Origin: Eledone cirrhosa
Lineage: Eukaryota
Length of the DNA: 64,000 bases
Direction: 5' to 3'
Assembly: GCA_964016885.1 (NCBI GenBank)
Contig: OZ024747.1
Span: forward strand, 12,152,001 to 12,216,000
Position 1 is the stretch's first letter. The number at the start of each line of letters is the position of its first letter. Position numbers and translations under genes: made by a program. Below are positions 25,514-38,634 of this stretch, one piece after another. The notes beneath the pieces were generated by a model, which ran no database searches, was not told the origin of the DNA, and worked only from the letters and a program-made list of their open reading frames with translations.

Positions 25514-26565
25514 CTACAGAAGCAGAAAAAGGAAACAAAAATTTAGTCTGGGTTTTGAGGAAAATACATGAAAACTTTAAAGCTACCACCAAATCAATGT
25601 TTTTGTAAATTGCTGACGTGATGGGAATATAGTCAGTGATGAATGTTATGTAGAGTAATGGGATGAGATGGTTGGGTCATGTGTTGAAGAGGGGTGAAAA
25701 TGACTGGATGAGAATAGAAAAGGTGATGGATGTTGTGAAGAGTAATAGAAGATGATTCGGGAATGTGTTGAGGAAGGATGAAAGTGACTAGTTGAGATGT
25801 GAGATGGAAATGAATGTAAAAGAAAGTAAAAGAAAAGGATGACCAAGACAGACATGGCTAAAGATGAAAGAGGAGGAAATGAATGTCAGGTGGTTGGTGA
25901 GTGACGATGTAAAAGATAGGGAAATGGAGATTGTTATAGGACTCACATGGCTAACAACTGCTTTACCAAGGTATGCAAGGAAACTGTAGTTATTTTACAT
26001 TGGTTACATGCAGTTTAAGTAAAAAACAAATTTAATCAAATTATAAAGACAGTGTTCATACCCTGAGCAAGGTACATAACTCTATGCAGACTATCGAAAC
26101 AAACTAAGTAATGTCCCTTGTCTCTTTTTTTATTTTTTGTTTCTCACAACAGTTTTGCATTTACTTTTTCATGTTTATTTGGCCTTTAAATTCTTATTGT
26201 CGTTGGCAGTTGAATTACTTATAGGCATGCAGAATAAAGTGTGTCTGCCAGACACAAAAGTAAAGTACCATGAAGGTAAATAGCCCAGGAGAGTAAATAC
26301 TGATGCAACATCGAGAGGACACTGTCAGACAACCTTTCAAGTGCTGGTGGCATGATAAAATGTACCCAATCCATGTTGTAATATGGTTGGTGATAGGAAG
26401 GGCATCCAGCCAAATATTATGAAAAGCACTATTTGACATACACAGCCCAACCCATGCAAGAATGGAAAAGCCAACATAAAATGATGACGATGATAGTAAA
26501 AGAGGGCCTATAGAGACAGGACTGTACCTGACTAAATATATGATAGATCTTTGGAGTAAACTTAC

Positions 26566-26771
26566 CTTAATAGTTTGTTGTATCATAGCTGCCATCTTGT
26601 TAATGAAATTAGTCAACCGTGAAGCCCGTTCAGCTGGTTCGATTTCTGGTCGATAGATATTTGATAGCCGATAACGTATGGCTAGATACAATGTGTAGGT
26701 CGGAGCCAACTTGAACTGGACAGCATTGCATTTCGCATTTAGAATTAGCTCGGACAGAAATTGGATTTGTA
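26566..26771 (-). CDS. AFDN: Afadin exon, N-terminal DIL-associated region
   Basis: ttttcag|TACAAATC...ATTAAG|gtaagt; 206 nt, phase 1 to 0; VQIQFLSELILNAKCNAVQFKLAPTYTLYLAIRYRLS...NKMAAMIQQTIK (FKL.PTY.LY motif). Confidence 0.95.
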
Positions 26772-27252
26772 CTGAAAAACAAAATTTAAAAAAATTAAAT
26801 ACATAATATATGTGTGAGTTTGTGCTTGTGTGTGTGTGTTTGTGTGCTTCTGTGAGTATGTGTGAGTGTGTTTGTGTGTGCATGTACATATATAATACAG
26901 CAGTATACATTTAGACATTTGCAAATCGACGCCTGGTTATATTGATGGACAAAAGTGCAGCTAATATAGAGGTGCATTTAACACAGGTGCACCTGTATGT
27001 CAGGTGCAGCTAATATAGAGATGCATTTAACACAGGTGCACCTGTATGTCAGGTGCAGCTAATATAGAGGTGTACCCAAATGTAGGTGCAGCTGATATTC
27101 CGGTGCACACAGCACACAAGTGCAGCCAACACAGGTGTTACACAAAATACAGCTGTTAGACAACATACAGTCTCACAATACACATATCTCAAAAATATTT
27201 TCAACCCTTTGAGATATCAATTTAACACTAAAACTAAAAAGAATATATTTAC

Positions 27253-27338
27253 CATCTTCACGAAATTCTAATGCACCAGGAAGTACTTCATCACCAATTT
27301 TTCCTGAAGGTGTTGGGTGTCGTGCAGGGCTTTGAGGA
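27253..27338 (-). CDS. AFDN: Afadin exon, pre-DIL region (alternative in-frame acceptor at 27353 possible)
   Basis: ccccag|TCCTCAAAG...GAAGATG|gtaaat; phase 2 to 1; PQSPARHPTPSGKIGDEVLPGALEFRED (LPA.IEFRE motif). Confidence 0.85.
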
Positions 27339-27659
27339 CTGGGGTTGGCAACACTTCAAAGAAACAAACAGAACAAGGTTAATTATACAGGTGATATTTC
27401 TACATGTTACTAACTTTCAAATAAAACAGTTTTTTTATCTCTCAGAAACCCCATAGCCATGGCTCTAAGAAGGTACACAGTAGTATATATATCAACTCAG
27501 ATATTCCATAGCTACGGATCTATGAAGATACAGTGTAGCTAGTATATCAACTCCATAGATACTTCATAGACTCGGATCTACAGTGTAGGTAGTATGATTC
27601 ATCATCATCATCATCATCATCGTTTAACGTCTATCTTCCACGCTAGCATGGATTTAGAT

Positions 27660-27952
27660 TATAATAATAATAATGAAATATTGTGTACAGTGCTCAGGTG
27701 CACTACAACTCATCAAAAAGTGTATGTATAGTACATAGGGTAATGTACAAACATCAGGAAAATGAACAGTGCATGAGTCATGATACACACATGTGTGCAT
27801 GTGTATGGAAGGGGTACATCAGGTGTAGTTTTGGCATATTTCGGGAAGCATGAGGGTTTTAAAGGATGCAGTGTCTTGGCAGCTAACAACTGACGCAGGC
27901 AGTTTGTTCCATGCTTCAGCAACTCTAAGCGTGAAAAAATGTTTACGAAAGT
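27660..27952 (-). mobile_element. CR1-like LINE 3' fragment
   Basis: Reverse complement of the 59400-59693 element (FFTLRVAEAWNKLP, 3'UTR and (ATT)n tail). Confidence 0.75.
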
Positions 27953-28210
27953 ATATTACAAAAGTTATATTTTCCAATGTGTTCATCCTTAACTCAGAAC
28001 TCTCTCTACTCTCTATTTCATAACTGGTTAAACTAAAAAGCAGAGGAGAGTATAAGTTTTATTTTATTTCAGCAAAGTGGTTGCAGTGGTTAAACTTTAC
28101 AGAGTGCATTGGGTGTATTTTATGCGCAACTAGAACTAACATTAACATCATTACACTAAATAATCAATCAGACAGACAACAGTTAAACAACCAATAATTT
28201 GAATTCTTAC

Positions 28211-28377
28211 CCCCTGTGTGCGTCTTCTCTTGCTCTTTCATGGCGAGGAATGTTTTCTTCATTAACAGGTTTAGAGTAGACACCGCTATCTATATCAGAT
28301 TCATACTGTCTCACCTGAGAATCTCTCTGATTGATATGTTGTCTGTGATCTGGAGAGCGAGGAGCTTTGGAGTATCT
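28211..28377 (-). CDS. AFDN: Afadin exon, low-conservation linker between FHA and DIL
   Basis: cttcttggcag|AGATACTCC...ACAGGGG|gtaaga; 167 nt, phase 0 to 2; RYSKAPRSPDHRQHINQRDSQVRQYESDIDSGVYSKPVNEENIPRHERAREDAHRG; its phases bridge the flanking exons. Confidence 0.8.
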
Positions 28378-28505
28378 CTGCCAAGAAGAGACATTTAAAA
28401 GATTATCATCATCATCATGTAACTAAAACTTAAGTGAGAATAGTAAGATAAAAAGGTGAAAGAATACCTCTATAACAGAAAACTAATAAATGCTGAAAGA
28501 ATCTC

Positions 28506-28547
<42 letters not shown>

Positions 28548-29570
28548 GCTTTTTATGGTGAGTACAACAATGAAAAAAAAACGTTTCAGGCCATTTTCAC
28601 AGCTAATGCAAGAGTTAGCATTACCGGCACCATGACAAGTTTCTTCATTTAGGCCTATTCTTTGCATCCTATCATCATCATTTCCTCTTCCATCACCTTT
28701 AACCATGTCTTTCTTCAGCTTCCCTTCCTCTCCTCTCTTCTATCAGTCAGTCACTTTCATCCCTCCTCAACATAACTCAGACATTTCATTGCATTACTCT
28801 TCACAACATTCATCGCTGGTTCTATTCCTATCACTGTCTTCTAATCTTTCAGCAATACTCTGTCCAGTTCATCCACAGAACCATTCTCATTTCTCATCTT
28901 CCCAGGCTTCTCTGTTGCTCCATATTCATCCCACATCTCACTACCATAAATCACCACACTTCTTACACATGTAGCATAGAGTTTTTTTTATTCTGTGGTA
29001 CTGAAGAAATACAGTAAATACATTCAAATAAACCCAGTACACTCAGAGTGTAGGATTGTATGTAAACTAGATGAAACTCCTGGCCTACCAGAGGTCAGTA
29101 GCGCTGAATAAATATTGATTTGTTCTGTGATGACCCATGCAACCTTTGCCAACAGAGAAAACATGTTAATTGATGATGGTGGTGATGGTGGTGGTGATGG
29201 TGGTGGTGATGGTGGTGGTGATGGTGGTGGTGATGGTGGTGGTGATGGTGATGGTGGTGGTGATGGTGGTGGTGATGGTGGTGGTGATGGTGGTGGTGAT
29301 GTCGGTGATGGTGGTGGTGGTGGTGATGGTGGTGGTGATGGTGATGATGGTGATGATGGTGATGATGGTGATGGTGATGATGGTGATGGTGATGGTGATG
29401 ATGGTGATGGTGATGGTGATGATGGTGATGAAAGGTGATGAAAGGTGATGAAAGGTGATGAAAGGTGATGAAAGGTGATGGTGATGAAAGGTGATGATGG
29501 TCATTCAAGTGAGAGTTGTCAATGAGAAAAGAGATAGAAAAATAAGGTTTATATATATAGATATTATTAC

Positions 29571-29771
29571 CTCTTCAGATCTGGAGTCACAAAATCGGAA
29601 CACATGATGGTCACCAAACTGTACCAAGACACCATCTTGTAGGAGAGTTGTCTCGTAGATACGTCGATTGTTGATGTAAGTCTCAGCATCTTTCCGTGTT
29701 GGTGTCACTGTCACACTTCCATTCATATGTGCAATCACACAGTGGCATGGGTGAATATTTGGACCAAATAA
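29571..29771 (-). CDS. AFDN: Afadin exon, FHA domain core
   Basis: ttgtag|TTATTTGGT...GAAGAG|gtaata; 201 nt, phase 0-0; LFGPNIHPCHCVIAHMNGSVTVTPTRKDAETYINNRRIYETTLLQDGVLVQFGDHHVFRFCDSRSEE. Confidence 0.95.
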
Positions 29772-31402
29772 CTACAAAGCAAAACATAGAAATCAATATT
29801 ATTATAACTATTATTCAAGGCAGTGGATTGGCAGTATCGGTAAAGGGTCGGACGCCATGCTTTGCAGCAAAGAGTTACGGCCTTTTATGGACTGAGTTCA
29901 AATCCCGCCGAGGTTAACTTTGCCTTTCATCCTTACGGGGGTCGATAAAATAAAGTACCAGTAATGCACTGGGATAATTGCTGGCCTTGTGCCAAAAGTA
30001 GAAACAATTATAACTATTATTAAGAGGGCAGTGGATTGGCAGAATCGGTAGAGCGTCAGACAACATGCTTTGTGGCATAGAGTTACATCCCTTCACGTTC
30101 TGACTTAAAATCCCACCGATGTTAGCTTTGCCTTTCATTTTTACAAGGTTGATAAAATAAAGTACCAGTAATGCACTAGGGTCTGAGTTACTCAACTTTC
30201 TCCTCCCCTCAAAACTTGACCTTATGCCTAAATCACAAGTATAGAGTTATGGCCCTTTACGTTCGGAGTTCAAATCCTGCCAAGGTTAACTTTGCCTTTC
30301 ATCCTTACGGGGTCGATAAAATAAAGTACCAGTAATGCACTGGGGTAATTGCTGGCCTTGTGTCTAAATCAGAAACCATTATTACAATTATTAAGGGTGG
30401 TGGATTGGCAGAATCAGTAGAGCATTGAGCCAAATACTGTGCTGTGTCTGTTCTGGCTCTTTATATTTTTGAGTTCAAATCCCACTGAGATCGACTTTAC
30501 CTTTCATCCTTCCAGGGTTGAAATAAAATATCAGTCAAATACTGGGGTCGATATACTCAACTTACCCCCTACCCACCAAATTGCTGGCCTTGTGCCTAAA
30601 TTAGAAATCTTTATTATTATTATTATTTTCTCTAACAGGAGTTCAAATCCCGCCGAGGTTAACTTTGCCTTTCATCCTTACAGGGTCGATAAAATAAAGT
30701 ACCAGTAATGCACTGGGATAATTGTTGGCCTTGAGCCAAAAGTAGAAACAATTATTTTCTCTAATATACATAAGACTACAAATTTAGGTAGAGTGTATAG
30801 TAGACCTCAGTACTTTAAAAAAAGAAAATATTTAAAATCTGTCCTAAGCTAGAAGCTTCATTGAGCAAGAGCTGATTCCAGTTTCATTGGCAGGACACCC
30901 TCCTGGACAGTACATTAGTCCATTACAGGTTTAACTCTCACTGGAACTTATTTTCAGCTGAATGGACTAGAGCAATCTGAAATTAAATATTTTGTTCAAC
31001 AGTTCAATACACTGCCTGATCCAGGAATTGAATCTGTGATATTACAATAATTGTTTCTACTTTTGGCACAAGGCCAGCAATTACCCAGTGCATTACTGGT
31101 ACTTTATTTTATCGACCCCGTAAGGATGAAAGGCAAAGTCAACCTCGGCGGGATTTGAACTCAGATCGTAAAGGGACGTAACTACGCTGGAAAGCATGTC
31201 TGACTCTTTACCGATACTGCCAATTCACCTACAATAATGAGCCTGAAACACTAACCACTATTTAACTTTACTGGTACTTATAGACAACTGTAGGTTGAAA
31301 GGCAAAATTGATACCAGTGGCATTTAGAAGTAGTGTTGATAGTGGTGGTGGTGATGATTTAGAAATAAGAAAGTTTTAAATCAAAGTTATAATCATACTG
31401 AC

Positions 31403-31500
31403 CTGAAGATATTGTCCACTCTCTGATGTTGACTTTTCACTTCCAACTTCAGTGACATTCAGCTGTAAATGGTGACGCCTACCTTCCATCTCTTCATTGC
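31403..31500 (-). CDS. AFDN: Afadin exon, start of FHA domain
   Basis: ctttag|GCAATGAAG...CTTCAG|gtcagt; 98 nt, phase 1 to 0; GNEEMEGRRHHLQLNVTEVGSEKSTSESGQYLQ (LQL.VTEVG.E motif). Confidence 0.92.
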
Positions 31501-32915
31501 CTAAAGATTGTCACAGACAAAATACAAACATTATTTCAATGTCACTATATTAACATTATTTCATTTTTGCTCAATCCAGCTCACCATCACACACTCTTTA
31601 CTTTCTTTTGAAAAGGGGTCCATAACCCCAAAATATTATGGAGTATAAGGTAAAAGTATAAACTGTTGCATTGTATTGTTTGACTTACTTTACATTCATT
31701 TTCACTCTTATTTCTAACTTGCAATATACTGGCTTTCCTAAAACAATTGGACAGAGATGGTTATCTACAAGAACAAACCCTTTGGTTCTTTTAGCATATC
31801 TCCTTTGCTACCTTCCCATGCTGGGACCACGAAGCAACAACTATCATGAGATGGTAGTGTTATTAAAAATTTTTTATATTTTACATGGTTGCCGAGATGT
31901 TAAAAATACCCTGCAAAGTCAGTCTTCAACTAGTTCACCATAACTTAACAAAAGCTTCTTAAATAAATTATACTGGAAGATTTTAATCTAAATAAGAACG
32001 TTTTAAATTTGGTGGTTCTATATCATAAAACTTAGGGTGGTTTGGGATGGTATGGTATCAAAAGTGATAACTAAGACAGATATATTGAGGTGGTTTTAAA
32101 ACAGGTTGATATCAAAAGATTTAAACTAGAAGTGAGATATAATCTATGTAAAACCATTTAGCATCAGTTCTTCAGTTCATCTCCTTTAGAATCTCAGACA
32201 CATTGAATTTATCTGTCCTACACAGCTGACACATTGATCAATATGACATTAGACACGCTAAAAATGTTTTCAGTTGAAGGAAGACTATAATGTCACTAAA
32301 AAATATATTTAAAACATTAAAATAAATATATTTATTTTAATATAAAAAATGTAGAAGGGTGATTCAAAGTTTACTACTTAAAAATTTAGTGTCATTTAAA
32401 AAAAAAACTTTTCCACACCAAACTGCCTGGAACTGCTCTTGATTCTGTATAAAGCTGTTTATTTTAAAGTGTTAACATTAAGCTAAAAAAAAAAGAAACC
32501 TATCAATTTTATGTAAAAACCTTTGTTAAGTTATGTTCCATATGCAAATTTAATAATGAGAAAGTTATATTACTATATGCCTCCAAATTCATGATTATTT
32601 TCAAAAATGATTTGCAGTGTTCTATATATATATATATATATATACTAAATATGGTAAAAGGTCTCAACAAAAAAAAATATTCATTAGACACCACCAATAC
32701 TTATTTTGGACTTTCAATTAGAAAAATGGAATGGAAAACATTTAAATTTTTCAAATACACAGCAAAAACTCCCTAAAAGGCAGAGGTTATGAAATTCAGT
32801 TTACAACCACATGATTTAGGGTTCACTCCTACTGTGTGACAACTTGGGCAAGGGTTTTCTACTATAGCCTTGGGTTGACCTATGCCTTGTGAGTAAAATT
32901 TGGTAGATGGAAACA

Positions 32916-32954
<39 letters not shown>

Positions 32955-33095
32955 TGGTGCGTGTGTGTGTGTATGTGTCTTTCCTATAACTTAGCGGTTT
33001 CATTAAAAGAGATTGATTAAAATAATTAGCAGACTTTGAAAAAAAAAAAAGTAATAAAAATAAGTACTGGGTCGATATGATCAACTAAATCCTAA

Positions 33096-33858
33096 CATGG
33101 CAGTGCTCCAGCATGGCCACAGTCTGCAGTGCTCCTGCATGGCTACAGTCTGCAGAGTGCTCCAGCATGGCTACAGTCTGCAGAGTGCTCCAGCATGGCT
33201 ACAGTCTGCAGAGTGCTCCAGCATGGCCACAGTCTGCAGTGCTCCAGCATGGCCACAGGTGCAGTGTGCTCCAGCATGGCTACAGTCTGCAGAGTGTTCC
33301 AGCATAGCTACAGTCTGCAGAGCTCCAGCATGGCTACAGTCTGCAGAGTGCTCCAGCATGGCCACAGTCTGCAGAGTACTCCAGCATGGCCACAGTCTGC
33401 AGTGCTCCAGCATGGCCACAGGTGCAGTGTGCTCCAGCATGGCCACAGTCTGCAGTGCTCCAGCAATGGCCACAGTCTGCAGAGTGCTCCAGCATGGCTA
33501 CAGTCTGCAGAGTGCTCCAGCATAGCCACAGTCTGCAGAGTGCTCCAGCATAGCCACAGTCTGCAGAGTGCTCCAGCATGGCCACAGTCTGCAGAGTGCT
33601 CCAGCATGGCCACAGTCTGCAGAGTGCTCCAGCATGGCCACAGTCTGCAGAGTGCTCCAGCATAGCCACAGTCTGCAGAGTGCTCCAGCATAGCCACAGT
33701 CTGCTCCAGCATGGCCACAGTCTGCAGTGTGCTCCAGCATAGCACAGTCTGCAGTGCTCCAGCAATGGCCACAGTCTGCAGAGTGCTCCAGCATGGCCAC
33801 AGTCTGCAATCCTCCAGCATGGCCACAATCTATCTGCAGTGCTCCAGCATGGCCCCAG
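33096..33858. repeat. Minisatellite, ~28-bp unit CAGCATGGC(C/T)ACAGTCTGCAGAGTGCTC, at the end of a SINE-like element starting ~32795
   Basis: Direct periodicity; ends in gctccagcatggccccagtctaatgactgaaaccagtaaaa. Confidence 0.9.
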
Positions 33859-34529
33859 TCTAATGACTGAAACCAGTAAAAATTATGTGTTTTTTTTTTA
33901 AAACAAAACAAACCCCTCTGGTTGTAAGATGAGAATTAAAAGACTTTAATAGACAGTTCATGCCTGGAACTATTTCAAGAATTGATTTTTCAGGGATTTC
34001 TTCTTTGATTTTTTTTTTTTTAGTGCACTTGCCAGAATATTCTTAGAATTGTTGTCTGTCTCAGAGCGAAAGAATTAGGAACACAGTTTAGTGTTGGATC
34101 AAATACTCTATTGTTAAAATTCTGGTGATATTTACCATTGTTATTCTTCTTCTTATTATTATTATGTTCTTTAAATTGAGGTTTCTTCTTGTGTTTATTT
34201 TTCGTATTTTTGTTTTGACTAACAGCCTTTTCTCCATATCCTCTCCTTTCCCCGTCCCTCCTCTCTCTCTACCCACTAGAGATCTCTAGAATAAACCCTC
34301 CCCTCACACACACAACAACCACCACCACCACCATTAACACTACCATCATCACGTATCACTAAACACTATTGTCACAACCACAACCACAACAGCCGCCGCC
34401 GCCGCCGCCGCCACCACCACCGCCGCCACCACCACCAATCACCCCAAACATCACTACTGCCATTGCCACCAACCACTACCACCACTATCAACCACAGCCA
34501 TCACCATTACTACCACCAACTACCACCAC

Positions 34530-35175
34530 CACTAAAACTGCCACTACTACCACCACTAACCACCACCATTACAAACACTAAAACTGCTACTACCACCACC
34601 ACCACTAAAACTGCCACTACCACCACCACAAACACTAAAACTGCCACTACCACTACTACCACCACAAACACTAAAACTGCCACTACCACTACTACTACCA
34701 CAAACACTAAAACTGCCACTACCACTACTACCACTACCACAAACACTAAAACTGCCACTACCACTACTACCAACACTAAAACTGCCACTACCACTACTAC
34801 CACCACAAACACTAAAACTGCCACTACCAACACTAAAACTGCCACTACCACTACTACCACCACAAACACTAAAACTGCCACTACCAACACTAAAACTGCC
34901 ACTACCACTACTACCACCACAAACACTAAAACTGCCACTACCACTACTACTACCACAAACACTAAAACTGCCACTACCACTACTACCACTACCACCACCA
35001 CCACAAACACTAAAACTGCCACTACCACTACTACCAACACTAAAACTGCCACTACCACTACTACCACCACAAACACTAAAACTGCCACTACCAACACTAA
35101 AACTGCCACTACCACTACTACCACTACCACCACCACCAACACTAAAACTGCCACTACTACCACCACCACCACCAC
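34530..35175. repeat. Compound repeat ACTAAAACTGCC(ACT/ACC)n
   Basis: Direct periodicity; source of the T-rich and V-rich spurious ORFs. Confidence 0.92.
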
Positions 35176-35946
35176 CTATAAAAACAAAGCAATCTAAACC
35201 ATCAATTAGTAATTATATAGATTTACTGATGCCAAAATGATGTCAATGTATTTTTTTCACTAGAATCTTTGAGATAGTTGTGCATCATTTCAACTACTCT
35301 TCTTCTATTGTTTTTCAGACAAAAGCATCTTTGCTTTGTAATGATATATAGAAAGATCCCTTTTAAACACTTACAGCATCAACCCCAGCAGAAAAAAATA
35401 ATTAACAAAATAAATAATAAATAAACAAATAAAAAATTTTAAAAAGTACGAGCTAAGGAATTATTATTTAAGTAACCTCAATACACTAGTTGAGATAGAT
35501 TTGCTTGTCTGTTGCTTACACTTTTGATACCAAATCACTTGAGACCATTCTTCCTGGTTGTATGATATGAAGCTGTTTGTTTTAATGTGTTTATATTTAT
35601 CTAAAAAGTGTCCATCATAAGTTTATAAGAACCTTTGTTATGTTCTAAATATCAGCAAAATAACGAGAAGTTTAGTTGTGTTATTAAACCTTTCCAGATT
35701 CTTGACAATTTCCAAAATTATTTGAAAATAATAGATAATGTATTTCATTGGAAATATGTTAACGAAAGGGCTAACCTGTCTTTGCCCGATACAAACCCAA
35801 AATATTACTAAGAGATTTATAAAGAATTCTTAACTCTTGATATCAAACTGCCTGAAACCACTCCAGGTTCTATGATACACATTGTTTTAAAGTGTTCCTA
35901 TATAAATTAAAGCCTTCTATAATTGTATGTAAGAAATCTTGGTTAA

Positions 35947-36167
35947 CCCTTTAGCATTTACATTACTCTATATTTACTACTGTATTTTTGTGATAAAGCC
36001 TTTATCTTACATAATTATCTGATATAATATCGAATTTATGAGATTTTGATGTTATTTATTTTGAGAACAATACTTTAACATCGGTATGAGTGGCCGGTTA
36101 CAGCCAGTTTGAACAGAAAGAGTTGAGAGAATTCTGGCCAGATATGGCCAATTTAAATGCTAAAGGG
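35947..36167. mobile_element. piggyBac-like MITE (~220 bp; copies at 19809-20027, 37904-38121, 52615-52829, 59815-60033, 58790-59203 with inserted SINE, partial 63010-63205)
   Basis: TTAA|CCCTTTAGCATTTA ... TAAATGCTAAAGGG|TTAA terminal inverted repeats with TTAA flanks; conserved internal sequence among copies. Confidence 0.85.
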
Positions 36168-36499
36168 TTAAGTAATATTCCAAAACATAAGCTTAAGAAT
36201 GAAAAAGTTCAGATATATTGCTGAATCCCAACAAATTTTAAGTCCATCACAAAATTAATTAACCCCACCTCACACACAGTTTCTTGCACTCATGTTCAGC
36301 TGAGTTGACTAGAGTAATGAGAAGTGTTTTATTTAAGAACATGCTATCTGAATGAAACCCACAACATTACAGTTGTCAGCTAACCCTAACTACTTAACTC
36401 ATACCTTACACTTTTCACAACTGAAAAGGGACAATAATGCAAACAAACATATAAATTTAAATAAAATTAAATAAAGAGAAAGTAAAAAGGAATTCCTAC

Positions 36500-36649
36500 C
36501 AGGATGAATTTCAACAAGGTATGGTAACTGGTACTGAGATGGTTCTGGAGAATGGTCCCGGTGTCGAAGATCATTGTGGGACACAGCTCGGATACGTTCC
36601 TTCTTCCTCTCATCTTGTGGTCTTAGTCTTAACTGGAAAATTATCGTTT
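36500..36649 (-). CDS. AFDN: Afadin exon, end of RA2 and linker to FHA
   Basis: ttctttag|AAACGATA...CATCCTG|gtagga; 150 nt, phase 1-1; ETIIFQLRLRPQDERKKERIR...QLPYLVEIHP (LPYLVE motif). Confidence 0.92.
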
Positions 36650-37339
36650 CTAAAGAACAACAACAAATCATAAATAGATAGTATACTAGAACACAGTGTA
36701 TAATTGTAGATTAAAGGAAAGTTAAGGAAGATACAGCCAGTTTTTTTAATTAGAATCCTTAGCTCAGAAACAAAGGTAAACACCTCCTTACACAAAAAAC
36801 TACGAGATAAGAGAAAGAGATATATTTTTCTGTGTACTGAGGAATATTTGAAATTAGTTCTACTTTTCAGTTGATTCTTTTCACAGCTAAGGCTACTCAT
36901 TTAGAAGCAACAGTTATATATAATTTATGGTTACTTTAATCATCAAATATAAACAGATATACAGAAAGGTGGTTATGAACATAAAAACAAGGGTAACTAA
37001 ATAAATATAACCAAGGTGGACTTAGCAAAGGATCAAACCATATGCCCTATATATATATATGTTTCTTGCTAGGTGTTACAAATATAAAACTCTAAACATT
37101 ATAAATACTGCCTTTTTTTATTACTTAGTCAATGAGGAGGGCAATGCCCATGGACTTTTTTAGGGGTGGGAGATAAAGAGGAAGCTATTGTAAAATTGTA
37201 AACTTAGTATGAGTGTTTGTAACAGAGAAAACTCTGCTAAAGAAACCCAAAGGCCAAGATGGTGGTGTTAAATGAGGTGATTATGTCTACCATCCAAGTA
37301 GCTTATGGCAGGATTTGAAATCAGAACACTGAAATCAAA

Positions 37340-37870
37340 ACCCGAAACAAATAACATAGATAGAATGGGGTGGGAAAAGGTTAGGGAGCTATTACCTCTG
37401 CTGGTAACTAAGGGATTCTCTCTCTGAGTAAAAGGCAGGTTGTATGATACCTGTTTATGAAGTGACATGCTGTGAAGTAGTGAAACATGGACATTACTGT
37501 TGGAAGATGCAAAAATTCAGAAAGAAAAGAAGCAAGCATGCTTTGCTGGATATGACATTAGTGTGCATAAACAACAGAGTGCAAAAAGAAAAACTCTGTG
37601 AAGGAGGAATTTGATGTAGTGTACAAAAGAGAAGACTGTACTGGTATAGACATGTGATGCTTATGGAGGACACCAGTTAAATAAATAAATGCCAAGAAGT
37701 CCATGTTCATTAAAGGAACCAGCAGAAAAGAAAGACTTAAGTAGAAATGGTGAAGGTTTATCGATCTCAAAAGAATGAACCTAACAAAGATAATGACAAT
37801 GACTGTGGTAATTAGCAAGGCACTCTGCTGAAGAAGACATGTTAAAACCATGCAAACATGGAATAATGTA
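37340..37870 (+). mobile_element. Degenerate RTE-clade LINE 3' fragment (related remnants at ~25600-25970, 28580-28970, 44440-44900)
   Basis: Reads GWEKVRELLPLLVTKGFSL*VKGRLYDTC..., like the post-RT region of RTE ORF2; broken by stops and frameshifts. Confidence 0.65.
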
Positions 37871-38602
37871 TGTCATAAAGATGATGTTGGTGGTGGTGAT
37901 TAACCCTTTAGCATTTACATTACTCTATATATACTATTGTATTTTCATGGTAAAAGCTTTACCTCACATAATTATTTCACATAACTTCGAATCTATGAGA
38001 TTTTGATATCATTCATTTCAAGAACAATAACTTAACATTAGTAAAAGCAGCCAATTACAGCTGGTTTGAACAGAATTTGAGAGAATTCTGGTCTAATATG
38101 GCCGGTTTAAATGCTAAAGGGATAAACCAACTTCCAGACAACCATTTTGAAACCAAGACAACCATTTTGAAACCACCTGAAACCAACCTTACAAAACTGT
38201 TTGTTTTAACGTGTTTATATTTATCTAAACATTTTCCATCATAATTTTATGTAAGAACCTTTGTTCTTTACATCAGCTTAAGACAAAGTTAGTTATTTTA
38301 CTAAATCCTTCCAAATTCTTGGTCATTTTCAAATTTGTTATTTTTTTTTTTGTCTTTTATTAGAAATATGGTAATAAAAGAATTACACAAGATCCACACA
38401 AGTTCCTTGAATTACATTTAATATACCTTCTCACCATCAAAGATAACTTTGGATTTCAGAAAATTCTATCATAAATATTGATTTGAGTTTATTTAACTGA
38501 ATTTATTTCACAATTTTAGATTTTGTGTAAAATTGTGTAATTCTTAAGTCAGCCAGTAAGTCGGTTAACATTTCATCTTGGTTATAGAATATTTATTTTC
38601 AT

Positions 38603-38634
<32 letters not shown>

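Noticed and set aside
33097-33911. Multiple Cys/Trp-rich ORFs on both strands
   Set aside because: They are products of the 28-bp minisatellite.
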